From Octopus sinensis (lineage: Eukaryota): DNA of 64,000 bases. The notes below the pieces were generated by a model, which saw only the letters and a program-made list of their open reading frames with translations, was not told where the DNA came from and made no database searches. This document shows positions 1 through 12,799 of this stretch, one piece after another. Location: contig NC_043003.1 in NCBI RefSeq assembly GCF_006345805.1, forward strand, positions 99,634,001 through 99,698,000. The letters run 5' to 3'. The first letter of the stretch is position 1. The number at the start of each line of letters is the position of its first letter. Made by a program: the position numbers and the translations under genes.

Positions 1-834
1 CACTCATTTTTTTCAACCTCATTTTCTATCCGTTTTACTTTTTATTTTCTCAGTATAACGCTTTGTCACCTTTTGAAGTTTCATTCCTTTCCTCTGTCTT
101 TTTCACTCTTTTACGGTAATAATTATTTGTTTACTTTTCTCTCATGCTCATGAACGCTCATGAGAAAGAGATCATCATAGTGGTCTTTTATAGTTTGACA
201 ACTAAATAATACAGACATGTTCCATTCCAGGAGTACTCGACTATTTATAGTGAACTGAGAAACAATTTCAAAGCAATTCTTGTGATTAATCTGATTTAGC
301 ATGCTACAATTCATTAATTGCTACCAATAAAACATTACCCGACTGATATAACTTTACGAATACTGCATTGCGCTACTAGGAATAAATGAGTGAAAACCCC
401 TCGGTTGTTAAGTACATAATGTACGATTTTTTTCATGTATGATAGTAATTGATATTCTTATGAAATAAGAATCATGAGATCCTGAAAAAATTAATGATTA
501 TTCATATGGATTTTAAATTAAATCTGTCCAAGAAATAAGTTAATTTGATTTTGTTGAATATTTTTCAATGAATTTAATGCATACTTTATCTTAAATGTAC
601 GTTCAAGATGGCGGAAAAAGTATGATTGACATTATCCCCAACCATGAATAATAAGGTTCAAAACAAACAACTGTAACGTTGGACACTTGCATATTTGTTC
701 TGCGTTCACTTGACACTTACGAGGCATTACAACGAAAATTTTAATTTCTAGCGAAAAAATTATAAAATGAATATAACAGCTTGTGTGTGTTGATGTTGAG
801 CGAAGCGGTCTTCTATAGTGAGAGAAGTCCAAAA

Positions 835-1131
835 CGTGGTTCTTTGCTATTCGTAAGACCCGCAGAAGAGAGAGCAGGTCAACCCCCGACACCGAGAATG
901 CGCATCCAGGCTCAGCGGTTGCGTAAGAAGTCGGGGACAAGAAACAGGAAGAAAGAGTGAGAGAAAGTTGGAGCGGAAGAGTACAACAGGGGTCACCATC
1001 ACCCCCTGTCGGAGCCTCGTGGAGCTTTAGGTGTTTTCGGTCCATAAACACACACAACGCCCGGTCTGGGAATCGAAACCGCGATCCTCCGACCGCGAGT
1101 CCGCTACCCTAACCATTGGGCCATTGCGCCT

Positions 1132-1132
<1 letters not shown>
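835..1132 (-). mobile_element. tRNA-derived SINE, family S3 (tRNA-Arg-like head)
   Basis: Minus-strand head GGCGCAATGGCCCAATGGTTAGGG...GGTTTCGATTCCCAGACC with Pol III A and B boxes; homologous copies at 12800-13198 and 57212-57370. Confidence 0.85.
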
Positions 1133-1183
<51 letters not shown>

Positions 1184-1740
1184 CTAAATTAGATGTTCCA
1201 TTATGCAATTGCTACGACGAACATTCTTTAGAAACTAAACTATTTATCTCTCATAAATTATGCATTTACAGGGGGGATAACTGTAATACACCTGTAACTG
1301 CAAAGATTAGGGCTTTCTTCTTTTCTTCTTTTTTTTATATCATATTCTCCGACTTATAAAGTGTTCCTTGCTAAAACTTCTCCACATGAAAATTCTTCGT
1401 GTATTTATTCTTGGTTAACGAAATCAAGTTAATTTAAGTTACATTTAAGTGACGTGCTCACTTTGAAGTGGTATATCTCACTATGAAACGACACGTCCTC
1501 GTTTAAAAATCAATGTATTTGCACTTTGAAATTATGATTTCAGTTTATTGTGTAAAATACAATTACATATTGATAACCTATATCAATATGTATCGATGTA
1601 ATAGTTATTAATGGGAAAATTGTCAATTACTAACCACATAGAGATGTAACCTCTATATAACAGTAACCGATATAAATGTTGATTGGTTGGCTGGCTGGTT
1701 TGTTGGTTGGTTGGTTGATTTCTCCAGTCACGCTTTACAT

Positions 1741-2021
1741 CAGTAGTCCCCAAACTTTTTGGGGCTGCCGCCCCCTCAACACTCAGGCCACATTCCTAGC
1801 GCCGACACCTCAACAAACCATCACAAACATAGACTTCTTTCTGAAGCAAATTCAAAGCAACTGTATTTCACAAATAAATCCATTATTTTGTTGTTTTTAA
1901 CCCATTATCATCCCAATTTTTACATAAATTATACTCCATTAGCGCCTCACTTTTCTTCAACGCCCCCTTGGAACTTTCCACCGCCCCCAGTGGGCAATAT
2001 CGCCCACTTTGGGAAGCACCG
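1741..2021. mobile_element. hAT (Charlie-like) MITE
   Basis: Imperfect TIRs CAGTAGTCCCCAAAC / TTTGGGAAGCACCG; exact 8-bp TSD CTTTACAT at 1733-1740 and 2022-2029. Confidence 0.9.
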
Positions 2022-2412
2022 CTTTACATCGTACAAAGAAACAAGGAGAAAGGGTAAAACAGATACAAAAAGTTAAGTTAAGAGTGCATATACTAGACTT
2101 CGTGGCAGGAGAAGCAGAGGGAGTGACAGAGTAATTATGAGAGGAGTTATACAAATGAGACATTTGTTTTAATTAATCTTATTTTAAGGTAATAAATATT
2201 TTTCTTTTGAAAAGTAGTATTCGTTTCGTTAATTTCAATAAGCACAAAGGAATTTAATTTCCTGACATTACCCATGGTGGTAAAGTTATGTTTGCAAAGT
2301 TACCTATCATATGATGGGTAACACTCTAGTATATATATAATAGTTGTGTAAACAACAATCAAATACTGACCACATATAGAGATACTAGCTATAAATACAA
2401 AATACAGTCAAA

Positions 2413-2815
2413 GGCGGCGAGCTGGCAGAAGCGATAGCACACCGGGAGAAATGCTGGGCGTTATTTCGTCTGCCGCTACGTTCTGAGTTCAAATTCCGCC
2501 GAGGTCGACAAGGCCTTTCATCCTTTCGGGGTCGATTAAATAAGTACTTGTTACGCACTTGGGTCGATATAATCGATTTAATCCGTTTGTCTGTCCTTGT
2601 TTGTCCTCTCTGTGTATAGCCCCTTGTGAGTAGTAAAGAAATAGGTATTTCGTTCTGAGTTCAAATTCCACCGAGGTCGACTTTGCCTTTCATCCCTTCG
2701 GGGTCGATTAAATAAGTACCAGTTAATCACTGGGGTTGATGTAATCGACTTAAGCCACTTGTCTGTCCTTGTTTGTCCCCTCTATGTTTAGCCCCCTGTG
2801 AGCCATAAAGAAATA
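2413..2815 (+). mobile_element. SINE family S1, tandem dimer (second unit lacks 5' head)
   Basis: GGCGGCGAGCTGGCAGAA head, GAGTTCAAATTCC B-box, GGGGTCGAT...ATCGAC hairpin tail; body repeated from about 2640. Confidence 0.85.
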
Positions 2816-4760
2816 AATACAGTCAAATAATTGACGCACCATGATGAAGAAGCTAAGAAGTTTGATTCACAACCACAAGATCTCGGGTTACTTTCTCCAC
2901 CCGGGGTGTTGAGCTAGTGTCATTTGCCTCAGCTCTGGTCGTTTCAAGCCTTGATAATGACATTGGGTAGACAGAAATTGTTCGGGTGCCCTTTTCTTTG
3001 GATGTTTTTTGTTGTTTTTTTTTTGTATTTTTGTATTCATCTTCACTAATAAATGGAACATGCTTTGCAGACGACAATTTCATATGGGATCGAAGAAATG
3101 GAAGAAATTATGTTATATTTTCTTCATAAGTGAAAATAGTGTTTTTGTCATTAGAGTCTCGAAGAAGAATGGAATTAATAATTATACCTCTGACTTAAAG
3201 TCCATATTTATCACATACAGAGTCAGACTGATTCTGTTTGAAAGTTACGTAAAAGGTACACGCAACTATGTCAATGATTCAATGAACAGATAGACAAATT
3301 GACCGTATAATTGATCATTCATCGTTGAAAACAACGGAGATCCATTTACAGTAATATACTGTCCGATATAATAGATATGATATTGTAAAATATAGTGAAA
3401 TACGAAGCACATATCATGGCCTGTAGTGTAGGCTAAGAGATGAATTCTAAGTAGGTGTTATTTATTCTTAGTAATTTCTGATAGAAGACACTGATCTAAT
3501 CTATGAAACAAAGGAACGTGATAAATCTGTACTACCTTATTTATTTATTTTTATTGTTGGATGTGCTGTATATGAGAAATTGCGGTCGTAGTAATAGTAG
3601 TAGTCCATAATAAATAATGTTTGGTAGATAGTTGAACATATAAAATAACGTTGTTTCGTGATTGTCGATACGAAATCTTTTCTTACCTACCTGAATGGCT
3701 TAGCAAGATTGAGATATTAAAATAGCATTCACCGATGCAATGTTCAACTCATTTTTTATTCAATTCAATAATATTTTGTGTTGCTTATTATATATACTTT
3801 AAGTCAGAGTATATTTGTTTTAATTCACTACTGCTATCTTAAACTTAAATCAAACTTGCACGAGATTATAGAAAAACGGACTCAAAAATGTGATATTACT
3901 TCCATTCTTCTTCGAGATTCTAATGACAAAAATAAAATTTTCACTTCTGAAGAAAACAGAACAATTTCTTCTATTTCTTCGATTCCATACGAAACTGTCG
4001 TCTGAAAACAGTCTCCCGAGATAGACAATTTGTTAGGTTGTCAAGCATGTAAATAACACCATTTATTGTCTTTCATTTGACGAATCAAGATAAGAAGAAT
4101 GCAAGACAAAAACATTCAAAGAAAAATATTCTTAATGCACCGAATAAATTGTCTGTTTTTAATCTGGAAACTCTGCATCAAATGACTGATTTGGAAAGAC
4201 GAACAAATAAAACAGTGAGATAGGAAAATTTGGATGTTCAGTTCAAAGAAATTTTTTCTTAGGTATTTGCATTTAGGAGACGTTTCTCGAACAAGTGAAT
4301 ATTTGGCCAATAACGCTATCATTTACATATCATTTCTATTCTCATTATACATGACAAAGAATTCATATAATTTACTATTTTTGTTATTGTTGTTGTTGTT
4401 GCTACTGATGCTGCTGTTGTTATTGTTGTTGTTTAAGCTCAGCTTGCATGTAATGTCTACGTTCCTGAGATGTTGGTACGATAATAAATTATGGATTAGG
4501 TTTTTAACGATTTTATTTTATATGTGAACAATTCTGCCCATTATGTGTATGTGAGACAGTCTGAATGAGTGAATGTATACCTGAGTGTTTGTATATGATG
4601 GTTTAGGTGTGTGTCTCTGTGTGTATATATATGTGTATGTAAGTATATATGTATGTGTGTATATTTATATATACATATATATATAATAAAAAGTGACAAC
4701 AAAAGAATAATACCTCGATATTTAATAAATAGAGGACTATTTATATATGTATAATTTAAG

Positions 4761-4980
4761 ACAATCAGTAAGTTATTATTATAGTACTCGGAGTTCCGAA
4801 TGTCGGAGCGAAGAACTGCGATGCATTCTCGTCGGCTAAACCGTTGAATAACAGGGAAGTTATTCTAAAAGGTAGGGAAAAGAAAAAAGAAAAATAGATA
4901 AAAGATAAAAAAATACACGCAACCATATTCTCACAATACATAGACATTAAATCTCATGCGTTCATAACGTCTACATACGT
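4761..4980 (-). mobile_element. PLE-pLTR-like short element with degenerate hammerhead (family HA, copy 1)
   Basis: Minus strand: CCGACGA (4829-4835), stem II GAATG/CATTC, GGAA instead of GAAA (4794-4797), stem III ACTC-C-GAGT, GUA site (4785-4787); homologous to 7205-7445. Confidence 0.65.
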
Positions 4981-5129
4981 ACACACTCACACAAACATGT
5001 ATATGTACATGCACATACACACATATCCACACACACACGCACGCACACACACACATATACACAAAGGTATCTGCATGCATACATTCACTCCCTCATATAC
5101 GTATGTACATATATACATATACATACACA

Positions 5130-5202
<73 letters not shown>

Positions 5203-5410
5203 GTGAAATAGAAAGATGAATAATCTTGTAGTAGATTAATCAAAAGTTTAAACGATACCTTAGTAGCAAAAATCACAGCAGTAAACAGCACGGTTGGAGG
5301 TACAACCATCTGGCGTTGCAACCGTGCGTTGGTGCGGATAATTGAAATTAAAACATTATTGGTGAATTGAAGAAATGGAGCTGAACGCAGATTGAACAGA
5401 AATCGTTTTA

Positions 5411-5499
5411 TTTCATTCTACACGTGTTTCGAAAGGCACAAATTACCAAAATCCGATTGAATAATGGGACCATATTGTGTCTTTCTCTTCAGGAAGAAA
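5411..5499 (-). ncRNA. Type I hammerhead ribozyme, mirror copy in left palindrome arm
   Basis: Exact reverse complement of 5691-5779. Confidence 0.8.
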
Positions 5500-5690
5500 A
5501 AAGGAAATCCGTTGGAAAAACAAAAACAGAACAGAGGCGGAGCAAAAAACAAATCGACCTGTGCTCCTAAGAGCCCATGGCGAAACTGTTTATCTGATAA
5601 ACAGTTTCGCCATGGGCTCTTAGGAGCACAGTTCGATTTGTTTTTTGCTCCGCCTCTGTTCTGTTTTTGTTTTTCCAACGGATTTCCTTT

Positions 5691-5779
5691 TTTCTTCCTG
5701 AAGAGAAAGACACAATATGGTCCCATTATTCAATCGGATTTTGGTAATTTGTGCCTTTCGAAACACGTGTAGAATGAAA
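5691..5779 (+). ncRNA. Type I hammerhead ribozyme, canonical core
   Basis: CTGAAGA 5698-5704; stem II GAAAGACACAA/TTGTGCCTTTC; GAAA 5760-5763; palindromic stem III ACACGTGT; GUA 5769-5771; stem I TTTC-TTC / GAA(T)GAAA. Confidence 0.8.
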
Positions 5780-5832
5780 TAAAACGATTTCTGTTCAATC
5801 TGCGTTCAGCTCCATTTCTTCAATTCACCAAT

Positions 5833-6757
<925 letters not shown>

Positions 6758-7013
6758 TTTATATACGTATATATACACATATATATACATATATGTCCTC
6801 CTATCACACACCTACGCTACACATATACAAACATGCATATCCGTACAAATGAAGGGGACTTCTGCATGAAAGTCACACTTATGCACCGGACAGTCTTACA
6901 CTCATATACATACATATACGCATACATATATATACATATGTATAAATGTCTAAATATGTATGTATGCATGCAGACACCGCTGTGTATATGAGGATGAAGT
7001 TGAGTGCACATAT

Positions 7014-7101
<88 letters not shown>

Positions 7102-7204
7102 GTGTGTATATGTGTGTTGATATGTGTGAACGTATGAGTACGTACATGCACATATATGTTTGTGTGTGTATGTGCATGTACAATACACATTTGTGTGAGT
7201 GTGT

Positions 7205-7445
7205 AGGTATGTAAACGTTATGAACGCAGGAGGTTTTATGTCTATGTATTGTGAGAATATGGATGCGTGTATTTTTATCTTTTATCTATTTTTTTCTTTT
7301 TTCCTACCTATTAGAGTAACTTCCATTTTATTCAACGGTTTTTCATAGCCTCTATTATCATTAATAACCGACGAGAATGCATCATAGCTCTTCGCTCCGA
7401 CATTCCATACTCCGAGTACCATAATGACAACTTACTGATTGTCCT
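7205..7445 (+). mobile_element. Family HA copy 2 with degenerate hammerhead
   Basis: CCGACGA 7368-7374, GAATG/CATTC stem II, GAAA replaced by CATA, CTCCGAGTA 7410-7418; reverse-complement match to 4761-4980. Confidence 0.6.
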
Positions 7446-7462
7446 GAATTATATATATATAC

Positions 7463-7882
7463 GAGCAGGCGTGGCTGTGTAGTAAAAAGCTTGGTTCCCA
7501 ACCATATGGTTCCAAGTCCAGTCCCACTGACTGGCGCCTTGACCACGTGTCTTCTAGCAAAGCCTCGGGCCGACCAAAGACTTGTGAGCAGATTTGGTAA
7601 ACGGAAACTAAAAGACGCCTATCGTGTATTTACATACACGTATGTGTATGTGTGTGTGTGTGTCTTTGTGTCTATGTTTTTACCCCATCATCGCTTGAAA
7701 ATCAATATTGGTGTGTTTACATCTCCGAAACTTAACTGTTTGGTAAAAAAAACCGATAAAATAATTACTAGGCGTTAAAAATAATTTTTGGGGTGGAATT
7801 GGTCAACAAAAACACTTGGGGCGGTGCTCCACCATGGCTGCAGTCAAATGACTGAAACAAGTAAAAGAATAAAAGAATATAA
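7463..7882 (+). mobile_element. tRNA-derived SINE family S2 (CORE-like TTGGGCAAGTG domain, internal microsatellite)
   Basis: GCAGGCGTGGCTGTGT head, GTTCAGTCCC B-box, tail ending CAAATGACTGAAACAAGTAAAAGAATAAAAG; many copies in window. Confidence 0.85.
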
Positions 7883-7922
7883 GAATATATATATTATATA
7901 TATATATTATATATATATATAT

Positions 7923-7991
<69 letters not shown>

Positions 7992-8372
7992 ACAAATGAC
8001 AAAGACGGAAAATGGAATATACAAGAAACTTTATTGCTCGCAACGATCATTTCGACGTATCTTGCATCGATCCTTGACGGGTGGGATAGTGTATGACTAG
8101 TTGTGGTGCATCCCTCTGTGCAGACGCATCTCCTTAGATGATGTTATAAGGGGTGTTTCGTTAAATAAACTCCGTTTCGTCCCGTTTAAGTACAGAATGG
8201 CGCTAGTGACAGTATGTTTAAGCTATTGTATAATAAGGACTCCATTTGTTCGACCAAAGCTTTCAATGCAGTATCCCATGGCAGTAGTCCAATGACTGAA
8301 AAAGATAAAGAACACGCTCACTCACACAGAAATATGTGATTTCATGTGTACATCAGTGTGTGTGCGTGTGTG

Positions 8373-8454
<82 letters not shown>

Positions 8455-8458
<4 letters not shown>

Positions 8459-8625
8459 GCCATGATAGATCATTAGCCACTACACACATTTTTCTCTCCT
8501 TTTTCTGTGGAAGAGCGTAGGCTCGAAACGTTAAAGACTTTTTCAATTCCCGAGCGCTATACTAATACATCTGTTTGTTTTCTACACCACCTGTCTTCGT
8601 CTTTTGTTTCCTTCGTGAATTCTTC
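8455..8625 (+). mobile_element. PLE-pLTR-like short element with minimal hammerhead (variant core CTGTGGA)
   Basis: CTGTGGA 8505-8511, extra A, stem II GAGC-GTAG-GCTC, GAAACGTT 8525-8532, stem I TTTT/AAAG; lies between (TA)n tracts. Confidence 0.55.
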
Positions 8626-8637
8626 CTATATATATAT

Positions 8638-9055
8638 AGGTGCAGGAGTGGCTGTGTGGTAAGTAGTTTGCTTACCAACCACATGGTTCCGGGTTCAGTC
8701 CTACTGTGTGGCACCTTGGTCAAGTGTCTTCTACTATAGCCTCGGACCGACCAAAGCCTTGAGTGGATTTGATAGACGGAAACTGGAAGAAAGCCGCCGC
8801 ATATGTGTATGTGTGTGTATACACATGCATGTGTTTGTGTATCTGTATTTGTCACCCCAACATCGCTTGACAACCGATGCTGGTGTGTTTACGTCCCCAT
8901 AACTTAACGGTTCGGCAAAAAATACCGATAGAATAAGTACTAAGCTTACAAAGAATAAGTCAAAGAATAAGTCAAATTGCTCGACTAAAGGCAGTGCTCC
9001 TGCATAGCCACCGTCAAATGACTGAATTAAGTAAATTAGTAAAAGAATAAAAGAA
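8638..9055 (+). mobile_element. SINE family S2, near full length
   Basis: Head, CORE-like domain, internal microsatellite and tail all present. Confidence 0.85.
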
Positions 9056-9057
9056 TG

Positions 9058-9440
9058 TATATTTCGATGTTGTATTTAGTTTTCAAGATACTTTATGTGA
9101 ATTCGTGTGTTGAAGTATATTTTATTGTGTCTGGGGAGAGTCATTCTCTTTTAGTGCCTTATTACTTAATACACTCACCGGTTCGATTTCCACTCATTTA
9201 CTTTATTTTTTTCTAAAATTTTCGTTGCATCTTGCATGCAACTTTTTCAATAGTCGTTGCGTCTTGCAACCTTTTCAATTTTCGTTGAGTCTTGCAATCT
9301 TTTCAATTGTCGTTGACTTTCAACGACTATTAAAAGGTTGCCAGTCGCAACGAAAATTTAAGAAAAAACAAATAAATAGATAAGTGGAAATCGAACCGGT
9401 GTGTGTGTTAAGTAATAAGGCACTAAAAGACACAGCAATA
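9058..9440. mobile_element. Fold-back element of unknown class with internal ~28-bp tandem repeats
   Basis: Inverted arms about 9147-9265 and 9321-9430; units TCGTTGCGTCTTGCAACCTTTTCAAT x3-4; partial copy at 56750-56815. Confidence 0.65.
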
Positions 9441-9592
9441 CACACACACATACATTTAATATATATATATATGTATGTAAGTATGTATGTATATATATAC
9501 ATTCATATATGTGTTTGTGTGTAAGGATGTATGTCTGAGTGAGTGTGTATATATATATATACATGCGCTCATATTTATACATACATATATAT

Positions 9593-9657
<65 letters not shown>

Positions 9658-9900
9658 TACATACACACGTTCTCACACCTGACACCTGCCATGTAAATAG
9701 ACATCTTATTCGATATCCTACATTTTTCTATTCCTTTCACATTTGCGTTGTTTTACCTGTATATAAAGAGATGTGTAAAATATTTATGTGTATACAAACG
9801 TAAAACGGCGATACTATGATAATTTATCTCAGAGAAACTTCTCAAGTAGACTTGTTTTATTAAAAAAAAACACAGAAAGCTTGCCCAGAATTTCATCGGT

Positions 9901-9952
9901 GTATTGTCAGATACCATTGTTTCGATCTGATTTTGTCTCTTCAGTGATGAAT
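9901..9952 (-). ncRNA. Degenerate type I hammerhead
   Basis: Minus strand CTGAAGA (9938-9944), short stem II GA..TC, GAAA (9920-9923), ACAATGGT stem III, GUA (9912-9914); stem I weak. Confidence 0.45.
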
Positions 9953-10277
9953 ACCTATGGACATTCTGAGCTAAACCGAAAAATATTCGTTCCGATTCGG
10001 TAAACAAAATATTCAATGGCTTGTGCGAAAAGTAATCAGGCTAAGGCTAAAATGAAATCAAGATCCACATTTCAAACAACATTAGATTAAAATAACAACG
10101 TGTATAGCATATGTAATGTATATAGAAGCGTAGAACGACACTAACCGTAATATTTCATTTAGCTTTTAACACCCAAGTTCTTCGAGAACAAATACACCCA
10201 TACACACACACATTTATAGGTATCCCCAATACCCGTGTAAATATGTATGTACCTGTGTAGATATATATATGTATGTG

Positions 10278-10314
<37 letters not shown>

Positions 10315-10839
10315 CATGTATGTGTATAAGAAGATATGTATGGGTGTGTATATGTGTGCATGTATGGACATGTTTTCTTTGACATTAATGTAAGTTTCTC
10401 CTTCCTTTGCAGGACTCAAGCCGGTCATGAACAAGGCTTTTTCGTTTTAGTCAAGACAGTTATTAGCGTTTGTGGATTCCTCAATTAATGTGAGCTTATA
10501 TGTAGATGTGACTGTGGAAAAATTGTGTCATAAAACAAGTATGCTTTAGTACACAAGTGTGTGTGTTTGTACTTGTGTTTTGTGTGTGTGTGTGCATGTG
10601 TTTGCTTCTTTACTATTTCAGTGTTAGTATTCTCTGTGTGCGTCTGCATGTGTATGTGAGTATTCCATTTGAAATTGTGATTTGGGGTATATATTCAGTG
10701 CATACAAGTACCTCAAATGAAGAATCTCTAGAAGGGTTTACAAATTTTCAGAGATCTTGATTTTCTGAGATCCTAAATTTTCAGAGATCCTGAACATTTC
10801 TAGGTTTTATTTCACATTTTTTATTACGTTACACAGTAC

Positions 10840-11070
10840 ACCTGTGACAATAGATAAATACAAATATCTTTAGCTTGGATATTCAAGCAGATTATCAATA
10901 GTTCAACAAAGTCGTTCTTTTTTCACAGCCGTCAGGCAGCTGATCTCTTTAACAGCGCTAGACTCTTTTCTGGTCCCAAACAACAATATCTGGACTATTG
11001 TTCTTACATCAGATTCCTGTTTTTATTTCAGCGTTTCATCAGTATTCTTCATTTTCCAAGGTGTTCATAC
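10840..11070 (-). pseudogene. RLE-type non-LTR retrotransposon endonuclease remnant
   Basis: Frameshifted translation IKTGI*CKNNSPDIVVWDQK...KEISC...LEYPS...IVTGVL resembles the PD-(D/E)xK region of R4-like elements. Confidence 0.5.
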
Positions 11071-11330
11071 ATTGTAGTGCTGGTGTGCCTTTAGTATAAC
11101 GTTAGGACAATTGCTCCTGACTAAATAATAGTAGGGTGTTATGGAAACAACGCATGCGTGCATATACGCAAGTAAAAGTACGTATATATTTGTGTATATG
11201 TATATGTTTAACTTGGTCTTAACTTGGTCCTTACTCGGTTCGTTTGGTCCCTTTTTAACAGCAACCACAAACTGCATGTGTCATTTCACCTCCAGCAATA
11301 AAGAGAAATCTCTATATTTTTTCCATAACT

Positions 11331-11405
11331 GTTATCTCTGAAGAGCGCAGGCTGTTATCTAACACACCGTTGAATCCCTAGTGCGAAACCGATTGGTAAT
11401 CCTGG
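11331..11405 (+). ncRNA. Type I hammerhead with intact core and closed stem III
   Basis: CTGAAGA 11338-11344; stem II GCGC-AGG/CCT(A)GTGC; GAAA 11385-11388; stem III ACC-GATT-GGT; GUA 11396-11398; stem I poor. Confidence 0.55.
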
Positions 11406-11497
11406 CTGAAATGGATATATAATACTTTACGCTTCAATCGATATATGTGTGTGTCTGTGTAAATAAGCGCACACACACACACACACATACACTCACA

Positions 11498-11539
<42 letters not shown>

Positions 11540-11713
11540 CACACATATCTATATATATATATGTATATGTATATATATAAATCTGATATCATTTCGCAAT
11601 CCAACCACTTTGCTAGTTCTTGTTCAAATGACTTCAAATTTTGACATCTTGTGTAGAAACAGGTCAAAATTTTATGTTTAATGTTTGATATGTTTATCTT
11701 TTGAGGTATAGAA

Positions 11714-12570
11714 ATGGCATTCACTGGAAGAGAAAAGGCGTTTTGTGTGTTATAGTATGCTCGAACACAGTCGAAAAAGACTGTGCAGCGTGCATTTGTG
11801 AGAGAGTTCTCTAAAAAGTCACCAACGGCAATGTGGATTTGGACAAGGCACAAAAAATTGAAAGAGGAAGGCTGTCTGTGCATGGCAAAAGGATTTGGAC
11901 GACCACTAACATCGGAAGAGATGGTCAGCGGGTTCGCCAAAAATTCTTGTGAAGCCCCAAGAAGTCCATAACAAGAACTAGTCTGGAAACCCAGATTCCT
12001 CCAACGACAGTTTGGTACGTCTTGAGGAAACGCTTGCTAATGAAACCATACAAGCTGCAGCTCAATCAGGTCATAACGGCAGATGACAAGCAAAAGCGCA
12101 AACAATTCTGTGTTCATATGCAAGAGAAACTTGAAGAGCCGAGTTCAAGGAACGTCTTGTTTTCAGTGATGAGGTCACATTTCATACGAATGGCAAAGTC
12201 AATAAGTATAATGTTCGCATTTGGGGCGAGGAAAATCCCCATAACACAGCTGAGCATAAGAGGGACTCACCAAAAGTGAATGTGTTCTGCACCATCTCCA
12301 AGAAGCATCTTCATGGCCCGTTTTTCTTTGAGGGGTAATGTGACCGGCGATGTTTATCTGCAAATGCTTCAGAACTGGCCAAGGAATGAGCTCATTGCAA
12401 ACGAACATGAAGATTCCATTTTTCAAAAGGTTTGGGCTCCACCTCATTGGAAGCTCATTATGCAGGCTTATCTCAATGATAATCTGCGAGGGAGATGGAT
12501 CGGGTGTGCTGGTGATGTTGAAACGGCCGCCACGTTCACCTGACCTGACACCTTGCAATTTTTTTTCAAT
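11714..12570 (+). pseudogene. rosa/DD41D-like Tc1-mariner transposase remnant
   Basis: MAFTGREKAFCVL*YARTQSKKTVQRAF HTH; FSDEVTFHTNGKVNKYNVRIWGEENPH; Q(KVW)APPH; RPPRSPDLTPC(N)FF with about 41 residues between the D2 and D3 positions; stops and frameshifts. Confidence 0.85.
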
Positions 12571-12799
12571 TGGATAAATGAAATTTAATTAGTTTAAATA
12601 TTTCCAAATGCATATAAATATTACTTGCTGCCGTTAGACATCCTAAAATACTGTTAAAAGGTTTACAAATTGAAAATATAGAAGTCCAGAAAATGCTTAT
12701 GGGTAATGGGCAATCCTATACTCCCGTTGAATACTTTATACATACATGCATATATATTTGTGTGTTTGTGTATGTATGTATGATATGTATATACATAAA

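Larger units (their letters stand above)
5349..5841. repeat. 493-bp near-perfect palindrome (246-bp arms, 1-nt loop at 5595)
   Basis: Position i pairs with 11190-i from 5349 to 5594; single mismatch 5558/5632; explains the mirror ORFs 5418-5726(-) and 5464-5772(+). Confidence 0.97.

Noticed and set aside
1060-1132. tRNA genes at SINE heads (also 13130-13198, 62540-62612)
   Set aside because: A and B boxes are present but cloverleafs are incomplete and each continues into a SINE body.
5418-5772. Duplicated 102-aa ORF pair
   Set aside because: Mirror artefact of the palindrome.
10389-10490. Acceptor TTTCTCCTTCCTTTGCAG with short terminal exon (GLKPVMNKAFSF*)
   Set aside because: Too short to assess and no linked exon.
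10915-11060. Plus-strand exon after TTTTTCACAG
   Set aside because: Better explained as the antisense of an RLE-LINE remnant.
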